From the NCBI GenBank assembly GCA_020434585.1, contig JAGRAN010000032.1:11013-75012 (forward strand): a DNA stretch of 64,000 nucleotides. The letters run 5' to 3'. Under the pieces are notes generated by a model, which worked only from the letters and a program-made list of their open reading frames with translations, was not told the origin of the DNA and made no database searches. How positions within the stretch are numbered: position 1 is the stretch's first letter; the number at the start of each line of letters is the position of its first letter. A program made the position numbers and the translations under genes. Below, piece by piece: positions 35,165-44,793 of the stretch. This stretch comes from Bdellovibrionales bacterium (GTDB lineage: Bacteria; Bdellovibrionota_C; UBA2361; SZUA-149; JAGRAN01).

Positions 35165-35467
35165 TTAGTCACGAGAAAGCGAACCGCAGTCTACACCGTC
35201 TTTCTTAACACCTTCAGGGCAGCCCTTTGAGCCGTCTGTCGTGCCCTTAGTGCTTTCTGTCGAGCCTCCGAGTGCATAGGCAGCACTCAGAAAGACCTGT
35301 TCGGCGTTGTCCTGAAGTCCTGGGGAGCTGGGGGTGCCGGCGACTGCACACAAGGCAATGGTTAGTCCACAAGCGATTACAGCTACGTAGTCAACTAAAG
35401 CCGCACCGCGCTCAGTGCGCGACATTGCCACATTTCGAAATCTTGAAATCAAAATTTCCTTTCCCAA
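35165..35467 (-). CDS. Flp-type pilin-like protein with extended Cys-containing C-terminus
   Basis: The leader plus RTERG/AALVDYVAVIACGLTIALCAV resembles the Flp prepilin G/ATAIEY motif followed by a hydrophobic helix. The C-terminal 50 aa contain 2 Cys. The start (TTG) is uncertain. Confidence 0.45.
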   Translation of the reverse strand: MGKEILISRFRNVAMSRTERGAALVDYVAVIACGLTIALCAVAGTPSSPGLQDNAEQVFLSAAYALGGSTESTKGTTDGSKGCPEGVKKDGVDCGSLSRD

Positions 35468-35794
35468 ATCAAACTAAAGATATCCTCGGCCGCTTGCTTC
35501 AGCCATTGCGAAAATGGAATAGCAAACACGCGGGATCTCTCCTACTAAGGAGTCTTGCAGATAATCAATAAAACGGAGTGGGAACTGTATAACTTAAGCT
35601 CATGGGGCAGCTAGAAGTGCCATTTGCGTTTTTTCTGTATGAATCTGTGCGTACAGAACAATAAGCGTGCTGAATGATGAGTTTAAGACACCTAGAATAA
35701 CCTTTCGTAGCTCTCTTTTCTAGGCGTAACGGGCAAGGCTATCAACAGTGAGGAACTAGAAGCGAGTCGTTTGACACCCGTACCAGGCAAGTTT

Positions 35795-36784
35795 TTAACC
35801 GCTTCGTCTGCTAAGCAGAATCCAAATAAAAAATGGCCCGCCAAGCAGCGCAGTGATAATGCCGACCGGAATCTCTGCTGGAGATGCAATCGTTCTAGCG
35901 GCGGCGTCGCAAAAAACAAGAAATGCACCGGACGCGGTCGCCGTGGCGGGAAGCAGCAGTGTCATTCTTGGACCGACAAGCTGACGGCAGACATGCGGCA
36001 GCATAATTCCAATGAATCCAATCGGACCAGTAATCGATACTATGCCGCCGATTGATAGAGAAACTGCAAAAAATAGCCGTCGCTGAACTACAGCCACTGG
36101 AACTCCCCAACTGCCAGCAAGCTCGTCGTCGATTCCCATTGCGTCAAGCTCTCGCAAATATTTCAGCGCGACAACTAGCAGCAGTATAGCCATCGTCCAG
36201 GACAGCGCTGCATCGCGATAGCCTACGGTTTCCAGCCCACCCATCAGCCAACGAACAATTCGATAAATTTGTGCGGGGTCGCCCAGATATTGAAAGAACA
36301 AGATTAGGCTGGAGAAGAAGAAGCTCATCGCGACTCCGGCGAGCAGGAGAGTTCCAATACTAAAAACGCCCGCCACGGAGCCCAGGGCATAGACCAATCC
36401 TGTTGCCAACATAGCGCCAGACCATCCCCCGACGACGCTCGAGTTGATCCCACCGTAGGCCCAGCCCGGCGCTGCGAGAATCAATATTACAGCGCCACAT
36501 GATGCGCCGCTCGCTACGCCTAGTGTATACGGCGTCGCCAGAGGATTGCGCAGCATTGTTTGAAATATCAGTCCGCCGACTCCTAAGGCCATACCGCAGG
36601 CAAAAGCTAATAAAATACGCGGCATGCGCAAGGACCAAAATATGCTGTGGAGATCCGCTGCTCGCTCAGTATCGAAGGAAAAAATATTCACCACACCAAC
36701 AAGCGGAGCTGTGCAGACCGCCGCTGCTGAGAAGGCGATAATTATCAGCAGAAAACGTCTGCGCCTGGCCGCTAAGGCAAACAT
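35795..36784 (-). CDS. btuC: FecCD-family ABC permease (cobalamin/iron-complex type)
   Basis: Typical FecCD/BtuC polytopic sequence (...LLAGVAMSFFFSS..., GPIGFIGIMLPH...). It is the last gene of a riboswitch-led operon. Confidence 0.8.
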   Translation of the reverse strand: MFALAARRRRFLLIIIAFSAAAVCTAPLVGVVNIFSFDTERAADLHSIFWSLRMPRILLAFACGMALGVGGLIFQTMLRNPLATPYTLGVASGASCGAVILILAAPGWAYGGINSSVVGGWSGAMLATGLVYALGSVAGVFSIGTLLLAGVAMSFFFSSLILFFQYLGDPAQIYRIVRWLMGGLETVGYRDAALSWTMAILLLVVALKYLRELDAMGIDDELAGSWGVPVAVVQRRLFFAVSLSIGGIVSITGPIGFIGIMLPHVCRQLVGPRMTLLLPATATASGAFLVFCDAAARTIASPAEIPVGIITALLGGPFFIWILLSRRSG

Positions 36785-36785
36785 G

Positions 36786-37556
36786 TTATCTTGGTACCAT
36801 CATTGGAATGTTTCGTTCAGGGTGGGGAAGTAAAAAGAACGAACTCCCGTAAAGTTCACTAAGCGCGTGCTGTGTCATAAACTGCGGAGCTGAGCCGAAG
36901 TAACATACTTCCCCTTTCTTTAATGCAAGTACACGATCCGCAAACAAGGCGGCGCGATTGATATCATGACTTACCAGCAGAATGGTATGACCCGACAGAC
37001 TCAGTTCATCTAAGATGTGGAATATATGTTCTTCGCTGCTCGGATCCAAATAAGAAGTAGGCTCGTCGAGCAGCAGGATAGGCGAACCTTGGCATAATGC
37101 AGACGCAATCAACAGCTTTTGCTTCTCGCCTTGTGAAAAAGACGTAATCAATTTGTCTACGCTTATTTCGAGCCTAACTCGTTCCAATGCTTGGTCGATA
37201 ATCTGCTCGCTGCCGCCTGAAAACGAGTCAAATAAAGTTGAATGGGCATAGCGCGACATCTGCAGGAATTCTCTTGCGCTAATCGCAGGCATGGCCGAAA
37301 CGGACTGAGGGACGTAAGCAATCTTTGAGGCTCTGCGCTTTGCAGAAATAGTCTCCAGACGCTCGCCGTCGATAAAAACATTCGAGCGGCTTGGGTGAAA
37401 GCCGAGAATGGAGCGAAGTAGAGAAGTTTTACCTGCGCCGTTTGGGCCGATGATTGCAGTTTTTGACTGAGGGCTGATCGAGAAAGAGACCTCGTTAAGG
37501 ATCTGCTCAGGTCCAAGCTTAAGCGTTAGTGATTTTACTTCAATTGTTGACTGCAT
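36786..37556 (-). CDS. btuD: ABC transporter ATP-binding protein
   Basis: Walker A GPNGAGKTS, ABC signature FSQGEKQK, Walker B LLLDEPTSYLD, and an H-loop (VSHD). Confidence 0.85.
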   Translation of the reverse strand: MQSTIEVKSLTLKLGPEQILNEVSFSISPQSKTAIIGPNGAGKTSLLRSILGFHPSRSNVFIDGERLETISAKRRASKIAYVPQSVSAMPAISAREFLQMSRYAHSTLFDSFSGGSEQIIDQALERVRLEISVDKLITSFSQGEKQKLLIASALCQGSPILLLDEPTSYLDPSSEEHIFHILDELSLSGHTILLVSHDINRAALFADRVLALKKGEVCYFGSAPQFMTQHALSELYGSSFFLLPHPERNIPMMVPR

Positions 37557-38421
37557 GGCCTAGTACCTTCGCTTTGATCGAGGAGAAAACTTTAATTGTT
37601 TCAGCGACTCGCGGCCCAGGAAAGGACGAGAGATCTCTGCGCAGCAAATAGACGTGATTATTGCGTACTGCCTTTAAAAAAGACAATTTGCTCCAGGCGG
37701 ATGCTAACTGTTCGCGATGACCCGTATCGGCTGATAGAGAGATGTCAATGATAACGTCCGGATTTAAAGCTGCAAGACCCTCAGCTGATAGGGAACTGTA
37801 GCCTCTTACCGCGGCTGCGGCGTTGCTTAGCCGAAGCTTGTGCAGCACATCGTCGTAGAAAGTTTCTGTTCCGGCCGCATATGCAGACGAAACAGCCGGA
37901 CCCGCATTTGAGTCTACTACGACCAGAGCTTTGTAGTCTTCTGCATTCAGTTGATTTTGCAGTAAGTCAGAAATCTCAGATTCAATTCTTTGAACGAGTA
38001 ATCTCGCTCGGTCTGAGCGGTCTATGCTTTTGCCGATAGCGGCAATAGAGTGAAAAATCTCGTCGATCGACTCGTTAGCGACGGAGAGAGTTCGGATATT
38101 CAGAGCGTCGAGTTTGCTTTTTAACCCCGCGTGACTATCAAGCATGATTACCAAATCTGGTTTGAGCGATAGTAGCTTTTCAAGGCTCGTATCAAATAGG
38201 CCGCCTAGGTGAGGCAGCTTGGACGCCTCGGGCGGATATTTGCAGTAGGTAGTTACGGCGATCAGTTTAGATTCTGCGCCAAGAGCGAACACCGTTTCAG
38301 TTATGGTTGGCGCGAGGGAAATAATTCGTTGCGGCACCGTGTCCGCTGGGAGGGCCTCGGCGCTGCCCCATGAGCTTAGGGTCAGCACCGCGGCGGTAAC
38401 TAACTTTAAGAGCATTCTCAA
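37540..38421 (-). CDS. btuF: periplasmic substrate-binding protein, BtuF/iron-siderophore cluster
   Basis: Signal peptide, then RIISLAPTITETVFALGAESKLIAVT and KPDLVI, typical of class III binding proteins. It overlaps both neighbouring genes. Confidence 0.75.
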   Translation of the reverse strand: MRMLLKLVTAAVLTLSSWGSAEALPADTVPQRIISLAPTITETVFALGAESKLIAVTTYCKYPPEASKLPHLGGLFDTSLEKLLSLKPDLVIMLDSHAGLKSKLDALNIRTLSVANESIDEIFHSIAAIGKSIDRSDRARLLVQRIESEISDLLQNQLNAEDYKALVVVDSNAGPAVSSAYAAGTETFYDDVLHKLRLSNAAAAVRGYSSLSAEGLAALNPDVIIDISLSADTGHREQLASAWSKLSFLKAVRNNHVYLLRRDLSSFPGPRVAETIKVFSSIKAKVLGHAVNN

Positions 38422-40253
38422 AGCGCAACCTCTACGCCTCCAAATATTTCAAATCCCGGCGTGCTGTAGCCGTTAATCTCCTCGTAATCTTCGTCGAACA
38501 AATTCTCGACCCTAAGAAACGGGGTGACCTTCTCAAGCAGCGTGTACTGAAGAGACGCGTCGACACGCGTATAGTCATCCATATCAGAACCGTCAGAGTC
38601 GATGCGATCCCTAACGACAAGCAAGGTTATGGAGCCGGTTAGGTTCTCGACAGGCTCGAAAAACAAGTCGAGCGACCCTCTGTGTTTTGGTCTCCTGGCT
38701 AGCTGGGTTCCGGTTTCATCATTTTCAGCATCCGTATACGTGTATTGGGCCGAACCGCTGAGTTGTTCGCAAAGCTTTGCATTCAGCGTAAATTCCACTC
38801 CATGTATGCTCGCGCTGTCGATGTTTTCAGCCAAAAAGGTTATAGAATCAAAGGTGATTAAATCGTCAATCTCACTGCGGAAGTAAGTCACATCCGCCGT
38901 AATATCCTCAAACAAAGTAACGCCTAAGCCAACATCCCAGCCGAGACTGGTTTCCGGATCAAGATCCGGATTGCCAAAATTTGGAAAATACAATTCGTTA
39001 AACGACGGCGCCTTAAAACCACTGCCAACGCTGCCGTGCATCCTCATTCCCGTGTCTGGCGGGCGAACTGACATTGTCGCGCGGTAGGTTGTCTCGCTGC
39101 CGAAATCGGAATCATCGTCGTAGCGTACGCCCCCGGTAAAGGTTGCCCATGGTGTCCAGCGCAATTGGTCTTCAAGGAAAAACGAATTCACTTGCCGTGA
39201 TTTGTTGAAGTTGCCGATATTTTCTCCCTTACGGTGTTCGTTGGTGTAGCCGAGAGTAATCGTATTCTCTTCTATCGGTTCTATATCAACGGCCGCCGTA
39301 GCACTGGTTGTTGTCTGTTTGATGTCGAAATTGTTGAATTCGGAGTCGGGGTCTCGGCCTTCAAGGTCCTCGTCGTAAATACCGAGTTCGACTCGAGGTA
39401 CGATATACTCTCCTAAAGACTTCGATGCAGTAAGTGAGCCGGTAAGCACTTCGCGTTTTTGGGTGTAGTTAAGTGCATCTACAGGGCCTACGCCGAATTC
39501 GAAATCATCGAGTTCAGTATCGCCTTTAATAAATCGAAAAGTTGCATCGGCGCGACCGTCTCCTAAAAAGTTTAAGCCGGTTCTAGTCGAGGCGGTAATG
39601 TTCTCATACTCGTCTCGTTCAGTATTGCCGTTTCTTTCGCTTGCTGCGGAAACGCCGTCTGTGTCGAAGTAGGTTATGCTATTGGCAGTATCAAAAAGCT
39701 CGTTGCCGTATCCAGCGTGCGCCCGATATTCATAGGTGGAGTGATTACCTGCTCCGGCTGATACAGCGGCGCTGGGTCCCTCGGCTGCCTTTCGAGTGAT
39801 TATGTTGATCACTCCGCCAATCGCATCGGAGCCATAAAGTACGCTTTGCGGACCACGTACAACTTCGATACGTTCAATGTTCGCGGTGTTAAGGTCAGCA
39901 AAATCGTAGCCGCCAACGTTCGCGTCGTTAGCTTTGACCCCGTCAATTAATACCAACGTCTGGTCGGTGTCAGCTCCGCGAATATAAACTCCGCTGACTC
40001 TACCTCTGCCACCGGACTGCGTAACGTCGACTCCGGGGAGCGAACGCAGCATTTCTATTACGCTGGTGCGGCGTGTAGCTTCAATTTGTTCGCGCGTAAT
40101 TAAACTTACACTGCTGCCGGTTTCTTCCAGTGTGCTGGGTGTAAGGTTCGCCGAAACTACAATCTCAGGTGTTTCTTCAGCAGCTGCACAAGTTGGCAGA
40201 GCGATTGCAATGCAGCAAGCAGCTGCACAAAAAGTATTTTTATATTGTTTCAT
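38418..40253 (-). CDS. btuB: TonB-dependent outer-membrane receptor, cobalamin-type by context
   Basis: Signal peptide, a TonB-box-like ETPEIVVSAN, the plug motifs IEVVRGPQSVLYGSDAIGGVINIIT, and a C-terminal barrel. A cobalamin riboswitch lies immediately upstream. Confidence 0.85.
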   Translation of the reverse strand: MKQYKNTFCAAACCIAIALPTCAAAEETPEIVVSANLTPSTLEETGSSVSLITREQIEATRRTSVIEMLRSLPGVDVTQSGGRGRVSGVYIRGADTDQTLVLIDGVKANDANVGGYDFADLNTANIERIEVVRGPQSVLYGSDAIGGVINIITRKAAEGPSAAVSAGAGNHSTYEYRAHAGYGNELFDTANSITYFDTDGVSAASERNGNTERDEYENITASTRTGLNFLGDGRADATFRFIKGDTELDDFEFGVGPVDALNYTQKREVLTGSLTASKSLGEYIVPRVELGIYDEDLEGRDPDSEFNNFDIKQTTTSATAAVDIEPIEENTITLGYTNEHRKGENIGNFNKSRQVNSFFLEDQLRWTPWATFTGGVRYDDDSDFGSETTYRATMSVRPPDTGMRMHGSVGSGFKAPSFNELYFPNFGNPDLDPETSLGWDVGLGVTLFEDITADVTYFRSEIDDLITFDSITFLAENIDSASIHGVEFTLNAKLCEQLSGSAQYTYTDAENDETGTQLARRPKHRGSLDLFFEPVENLTGSITLLVVRDRIDSDGSDMDDYTRVDASLQYTLLEKVTPFLRVENLFDEDYEEINGYSTPGFEIFGGVEVAL

Positions 40254-40289
40254 GAGTGCCTCGATCCCTTCCCGCGAAGAGAGTTAGCG

Positions 40290-40450
40290 TTCGGTGCTGA
40301 TTGGCTCAGGTCTCCTGGCTTCTCGTCATCCTCGCACCCGCCTTCCCGAGCAGAAGCTCAGTGGCATGATTAGGCGCTCGTCAGAGTTACAGTTGCGCGG
40401 CAGCGTGGGATTTGCACCCAACTTCCCTTGTTCCAACGCAGTTCTCGCCG
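40290..40450 (-). promoter_or_regulatory. cobalamin (B12) riboswitch
   Basis: The minus strand reads ...AAGGGAAGTTGGGTGCAAATCCCACGCTGCCGCGCAACTGTAA...GCCACTG...GGGAAGGC...AGCCAGGAGACCTGAGCC. This matches the conserved core and the B12 box. It lies about 35 nt upstream of the receptor RBS and ATG. Confidence 0.9.
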
Positions 40451-40539
40451 AACTTGGTTAGTATTGGTTCGAGAATTACCGCGACTTCAGCCAATATTCA
40501 AGAGAATAGCTAATATGGCTGAAAAACGGTCCAGAGAAC

Positions 40540-41022
40540 TTAAAAAACCAGGTTGTTGGCGATGGCGGCTTCGCTTTTTAGACCATCAGGTGAATGCTTT
40601 GGGTGCTCGTGGTGATGATGGCCTGAACATGCTTTAGATTTGCAGCAAGTCATGCTGTGTAAATTCTTAATGTGTCCGATTATCAATAATGCCCCGCCAA
40701 AAGTAGTTAGCACTGCCTCCATTGAAAAGAGGTTATCGTCATGTCGTCCGGGAGCGAGCAGCGCGCCAACGACAAGCATTAGTCCTAAGCCAGCATAAAT
40801 AACAACGTCTTTTCTTCGATGCTGTTGGTAGCCTCGAGCAAACGCCAGTATTGTTACGAAGAGGAGCAGAACAGCGAATGCAATATGCACGGGAGTTTCC
40901 CCGGCGGTTACGGGGTCTAGTATTGGAAAAAACAACACCGCAATTGGCAGCAGCGCGCAATGCACTGCGCATAATGCCGAGAGAGCAATTCCCAGTTTGT
41001 CGATAATATGTGTATGGACCAT
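40540..41022 (-). CDS. MerC-like four-TM membrane protein with Cys/His-rich tail
   Basis: The first helix ALSALCAVHCALLPI resembles the MerC-family Cys motif. The C-terminus is TCCKSKACSGHHHHEHPKH. Confidence 0.5.
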   Translation of the reverse strand: MVHTHIIDKLGIALSALCAVHCALLPIAVLFFPILDPVTAGETPVHIAFAVLLLFVTILAFARGYQQHRRKDVVIYAGLGLMLVVGALLAPGRHDDNLFSMEAVLTTFGGALLIIGHIKNLHSMTCCKSKACSGHHHHEHPKHSPDGLKSEAAIANNLVF

Positions 41023-41115
41023 CCGCGGCCTGATCGTTAATGATAATCTAGTTGCATTATCCTTTAACTGAGGAATAAAGTCAAATTTGCAGATGGCCAG
41101 AATTAAAAGAAGTTT

Positions 41116-42060
41116 TTAGGCTTTCCAGTCGGGATAGCGCTCGCAGCCGAAATAATATTCTGGATAAGCTTTGCGCTGAACAAATTCTGGAAGCAGACCC
41201 CACAGCCAATGTTCCTTAAGCTTAGCGTCTATCTCCTGTTCCATCGCGCTGCGGTCATAACTGAAGTCAATCTGCACATTGGTATCGACTCGGATAATGT
41301 TTAGTCGATCAGTGCCGCCAGTGCCCTTGCCGTCGGCGCAGCACACTACGAAATTGCCTTCAGGTGACCAGGAGACAAATCGATCGCACCCACTGTTTTT
41401 CGTAATGCGTTTTTCGCTCATTCCGTCACGGCTCATAACCCATACATCGGCATCGGCGCTTCCGTCGGAGCTCGAATTCTCGTCGGCTTCAGTTACAAAA
41501 GCGATTTGCGTCCCGTCGGGCGAATAGGCTGGATGAAAATCTCGAGCGGGGTGGCTTGTCACACGACGCTCTTTCCCCGTGCTTAAATCCAACTCATAAA
41601 TATCTTCGTTGCCTTCACGTGTAGAAGAGTAAAGCATATATCCGCCGCAGGGAGACCACGAAGGTCCAGCTTCCACGCCCGTATTCGAAGTCACGCGCTC
41701 AGGGCTTCCGCTGCCGTCAGCATTAACTACATATATGTCGATGTTTTCACCGTTATCGTAGTTAGCAGCGCACGCAATTTGCTTCCCATCCGGAGACCAG
41801 CAAGGTTCAGCATGAAACTTGCTTGAGTTGGTTAGTTGGCGTTGATTGCTGCCGTCTGCTCCCATCGTCCAGAGTTCGGGGATCCCGCTGCGATTAGAAA
41901 CGAAGACAATTTTGCTGCCGTCAGGTGACCATTTCGGAGCATCGTTCCAAGCGCCTCCGGTAGTAAGCTGGTGAAGTTCTTTTGACTCAATATTCAGGGT
42001 CCAAATATCGAAGTCTGTCTGCTTGCCCGATGCAAATACCAGCGTGCCCTTTGGTCTCAT
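41116..42060 (-). CDS. PD40/WD40-like (TolB-type) beta-propeller repeat protein, no signal peptide seen
   Basis: Repeated W/YSPDG motifs: KWSPDGSKIVFVSNRSG, CWSPDGKQIA, SWSPCGGYMLY, AYSPDGTQIAFV, SWSPEGNFV. The ATG at 42060 has a GGGAGGA RBS. Confidence 0.8.
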   Translation of the reverse strand: MRPKGTLVFASGKQTDFDIWTLNIESKELHQLTTGGAWNDAPKWSPDGSKIVFVSNRSGIPELWTMGADGSNQRQLTNSSKFHAEPCWSPDGKQIACAANYDNGENIDIYVVNADGSGSPERVTSNTGVEAGPSWSPCGGYMLYSSTREGNEDIYELDLSTGKERRVTSHPARDFHPAYSPDGTQIAFVTEADENSSSDGSADADVWVMSRDGMSEKRITKNSGCDRFVSWSPEGNFVVCCADGKGTGGTDRLNIIRVDTNVQIDFSYDRSAMEQEIDAKLKEHWLWGLLPEFVQRKAYPEYYFGCERYPDWKA

Positions 42061-42179
42061 GTGTCCTCCCAGAACGTAAACGGTCCATCCAACTATCGGA
42101 AGCGATGACTTGGTACTTAAGTATTCTCCCACAAAAGCTAATTCGCAAGAGCTTAAGCGGTTTTCGAATAAACCTGAAG

Positions 42180-43229
42180 CTATTCCTGTTTCTTTTTGGG
42201 TTTGCCAGCAGAGGGTTCGCCAATCGAACCGAGGTGGCAGAACCGAGTGCCAGGAATCGCAACCGGATAAGCGGCTTTGCCGATCACAATACCCTCCTCT
42301 GGTACGTAGTATTCCTGAAGTTTACGGTCAAATGCGTCTCGGGTGATAGCGACGAGGTGCTTCTTCTGAAGCTTTTCGCCCAATTTGAAAGTCGTTTCGA
42401 GGATGCCGCCGCCAGTTGTGCGAAGCCATTTGGAGCTGTGGCAAACCACGGGTTTGGAGCTGCTCTCAATCTTTCCCTTAACCATTCCCAACAGAATCAT
42501 AATGTTTTGAATCGCTGCTTCTCCCTCGATTACCATTTTCCCTTGGAAAACGCTGGGATTGCCGGCCTCGATTGTTATCGCCGGAATTCCGCGGCGCCGT
42601 GCGGCGTTCCTTAAAGTGCCGCCTCCGTGTTTCGGGGAATGTAAGATGATGGCCGGGTTTGCACAGACAGCCAGCTCGCGCGTTTTGTCGTTCAGCCAGT
42701 CCGTGCGGACGTAAAAGGTATTCAAACGGCCTTCGCTGGCTGTGTGCAGATCAATTAGGTAGTCACAGGCGGGCAAAAAGGAAGAGGTAAATGCTCTAGC
42801 ATACTGCTCGGCGGGTTGGCCGTCCGGCTTGCCCGGGAAGACGGTATTCAGGTCAAGGCCGTCAGTGAAGTACCTCGATCCAGCATTAAAACCAGGGATG
42901 TTGACAATCGGGACGCAGAGTAGAGTTCCGCTCATGCTACTCAAGTCAACATTACGCAAGACGTGATGAATAATTCGAATACCGTTTAACTCGTTCCCAT
43001 GAACTGCCGCCGTAATGCCGAGTACGGGTCCGTCCTTGTGCCCCCGGGCGACGATGAACGGGACGCTCATACGGTTACCGGTTGCTCGCTCGTACATTGG
43101 TACATAAACGTCTGAACGTTCGCCTTTTGGAAACTTGGCAACGTTGATCGTTTGGTGGCGGCCCGTGCGCGGGCGAATTTCACAAATGTCTATTGTGGGT
43201 AGTTCTGTGGGTAGATCTTGGCTACTCAA
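42180..43229 (-). CDS. succinylglutamate desuccinylase/aspartoacylase (AstE/AspA) family zinc hydrolase
   Basis: ITAAVHGNELNGI, GLDLNTVFPGK and IDLHTAS are present. The TTG start has GAGGAG 7 nt upstream, inside the end of the preceding gene (8-nt overlap). Confidence 0.8.
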   Translation of the reverse strand: MSSQDLPTELPTIDICEIRPRTGRHQTINVAKFPKGERSDVYVPMYERATGNRMSVPFIVARGHKDGPVLGITAAVHGNELNGIRIIHHVLRNVDLSSMSGTLLCVPIVNIPGFNAGSRYFTDGLDLNTVFPGKPDGQPAEQYARAFTSSFLPACDYLIDLHTASEGRLNTFYVRTDWLNDKTRELAVCANPAIILHSPKHGGGTLRNAARRRGIPAITIEAGNPSVFQGKMVIEGEAAIQNIMILLGMVKGKIESSSKPVVCHSSKWLRTTGGGILETTFKLGEKLQKKHLVAITRDAFDRKLQEYYVPEEGIVIGKAAYPVAIPGTRFCHLGSIGEPSAGKPKKKQE

Positions 43230-44658
43230 CTCTCAGCTCCTCAAGCAGCGGGGGGTCATCGTTCAGCGACATAAATGCTTTGGTCCTAAATTTTCCTTTA
43301 GATGTGAAAAGGGAGCAAGCCATCTTATCAACGGCACAAACGGCCATGACCGTCTGAACGTAGCCCATAATTAAGTCGTCGAGTCCGATCCCCAGGGAGT
43401 TAAAGTCCTTGCGATCCATCATAATCAAACGGCTGCTTTCAGTGTCCCAAGAGTCTGTGCCGGTCTTTATCGAAAGGTTAGTGCCCAGCATGTCCCAAGG
43501 AGCGGTGTCGCCGTTCAGATCGTTTCTTAACGGCGTTCTAGCTCGACGGCCGTAAACTGCAATTGGCCGAAAGCTTTGTTCTCCTCGATAAACCATCATT
43601 CTTAAATCAGCGACGTACAGCTCGTTGCGCTTATTGGGGACCGTGCCGACGTGATAGAATTTTCCAACGGTACCGTCAGAACTCCATTCGTAGTTGCCAA
43701 TTAAGCTCTGAACGATAAAGCAGTTATAGGGATAATCCCGTGCCATGAACTCTTCCAGCTGATTTGAGTCAGTGACGATGAAGACCCCTTGGCCTGCGTT
43801 GCTGTATGGTATCTTAATGACAGCGTGTCCGCCGAACTTTTGCACAACGAATGGAATTTCTTCCTTTTGGACGTCGCGCACGGTTTCGGGAATATGGATC
43901 GTAAGACCGCTTCCGCCGTACTGCGCGTTAAAGATTTCATAAGCCATGGCTGCGACCATCTTATTGCGCCCACCAGCTATGCAGGCGACAACCGGATTGA
44001 GTAGGGCAGTTTTGCTGTAAATCGGTATCCGGTTCCAAGGTTTCTGAGTGACGTAGCGAAAAGCAGCTTTAATCGGTGTCCATTCACCTGAGGGCTTTCT
44101 TACATACATCACTCCGTCGTCGTATTTAACTGGAGGGTCGTTATCTGAGTTGTAAAATGGGGCCAGCAAGACATCGCATTGGAAATGGTCGGCCATTGCT
44201 GCAGCGTAGCCGGAGTTCTCCATGTAGTTCTTATCGTAAACCACGGCCAGTTCGCCGTCTTTAATCTTGCTTGCTCTGAGCAGCGGAGCAAATGCTTCGG
44301 AAATTAATGTTCCGTAGCCGCCGTCTTCCTCATGATCGGAAAACAGCGGCATAGATTTTTGTCCTGATGGACAGGAGTTTGTTTCGATAACAACCATGCG
44401 TCTCAAACCGGCGGCAGTCGTTACCGAAAATAAATCCGCTCCAGCCCAGCGGAGGAATTTTGGCTCGTAATAGAGAATCTCCTCCAGTGCGTCCCGGTCG
44501 ACTCTGGGATTAAGGTGACAGAAACGCGTGGCTAGTCGGTCTGGACCCAAGCTCAGAAAAGACTTAACCATGGGGTGAATCGTGGCGTTTAGGACGCGGG
44601 TGTAATAATGGCGAACTGGTTCAAACGAACCAGGGGCAATTACTTCAACATCCTTCAT
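43222..44658 (-). CDS. hypothetical protein, possibly ATP-grasp-like (tentative)
   Basis: Solid 478-aa ORF. The call is weak. HAVIKIPYSNAGQGVFIV resembles an ATP-grasp Lys/Gly-rich segment. VVIETNSCPSG resembles the E-x-N catalytic segment but sits N-terminal to it. Confidence 0.3.
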   Translation of the reverse strand: MKDVEVIAPGSFEPVRHYYTRVLNATIHPMVKSFLSLGPDRLATRFCHLNPRVDRDALEEILYYEPKFLRWAGADLFSVTTAAGLRRMVVIETNSCPSGQKSMPLFSDHEEDGGYGTLISEAFAPLLRASKIKDGELAVVYDKNYMENSGYAAAMADHFQCDVLLAPFYNSDNDPPVKYDDGVMYVRKPSGEWTPIKAAFRYVTQKPWNRIPIYSKTALLNPVVACIAGGRNKMVAAMAYEIFNAQYGGSGLTIHIPETVRDVQKEEIPFVVQKFGGHAVIKIPYSNAGQGVFIVTDSNQLEEFMARDYPYNCFIVQSLIGNYEWSSDGTVGKFYHVGTVPNKRNELYVADLRMMVYRGEQSFRPIAVYGRRARTPLRNDLNGDTAPWDMLGTNLSIKTGTDSWDTESSRLIMMDRKDFNSLGIGLDDLIMGYVQTVMAVCAVDKMACSLFTSKGKFRTKAFMSLNDDPPLLEELRVE

Positions 44659-44793
44659 GGTAGACGCTCTGCTCCGGCAGTTAAAGTCAGGACCTAGTCT
44701 ATTTGTCCCTCGAAAGCAGATTTGAAATCAAGACAAAACCTTGCAAACGGCGCGGAATAACCTGAAGCAGCAAAATAGAATGTGTATTGGGAA

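Noticed and set aside
40465-40495. tRNA T-loop-like string TGGTTCGAGAAT
   Set aside because: I could not fold the flanking sequence into acceptor, D or anticodon arms. It does not match GGTTCGAATCC and is probably a chance occurrence upstream of the riboswitch.
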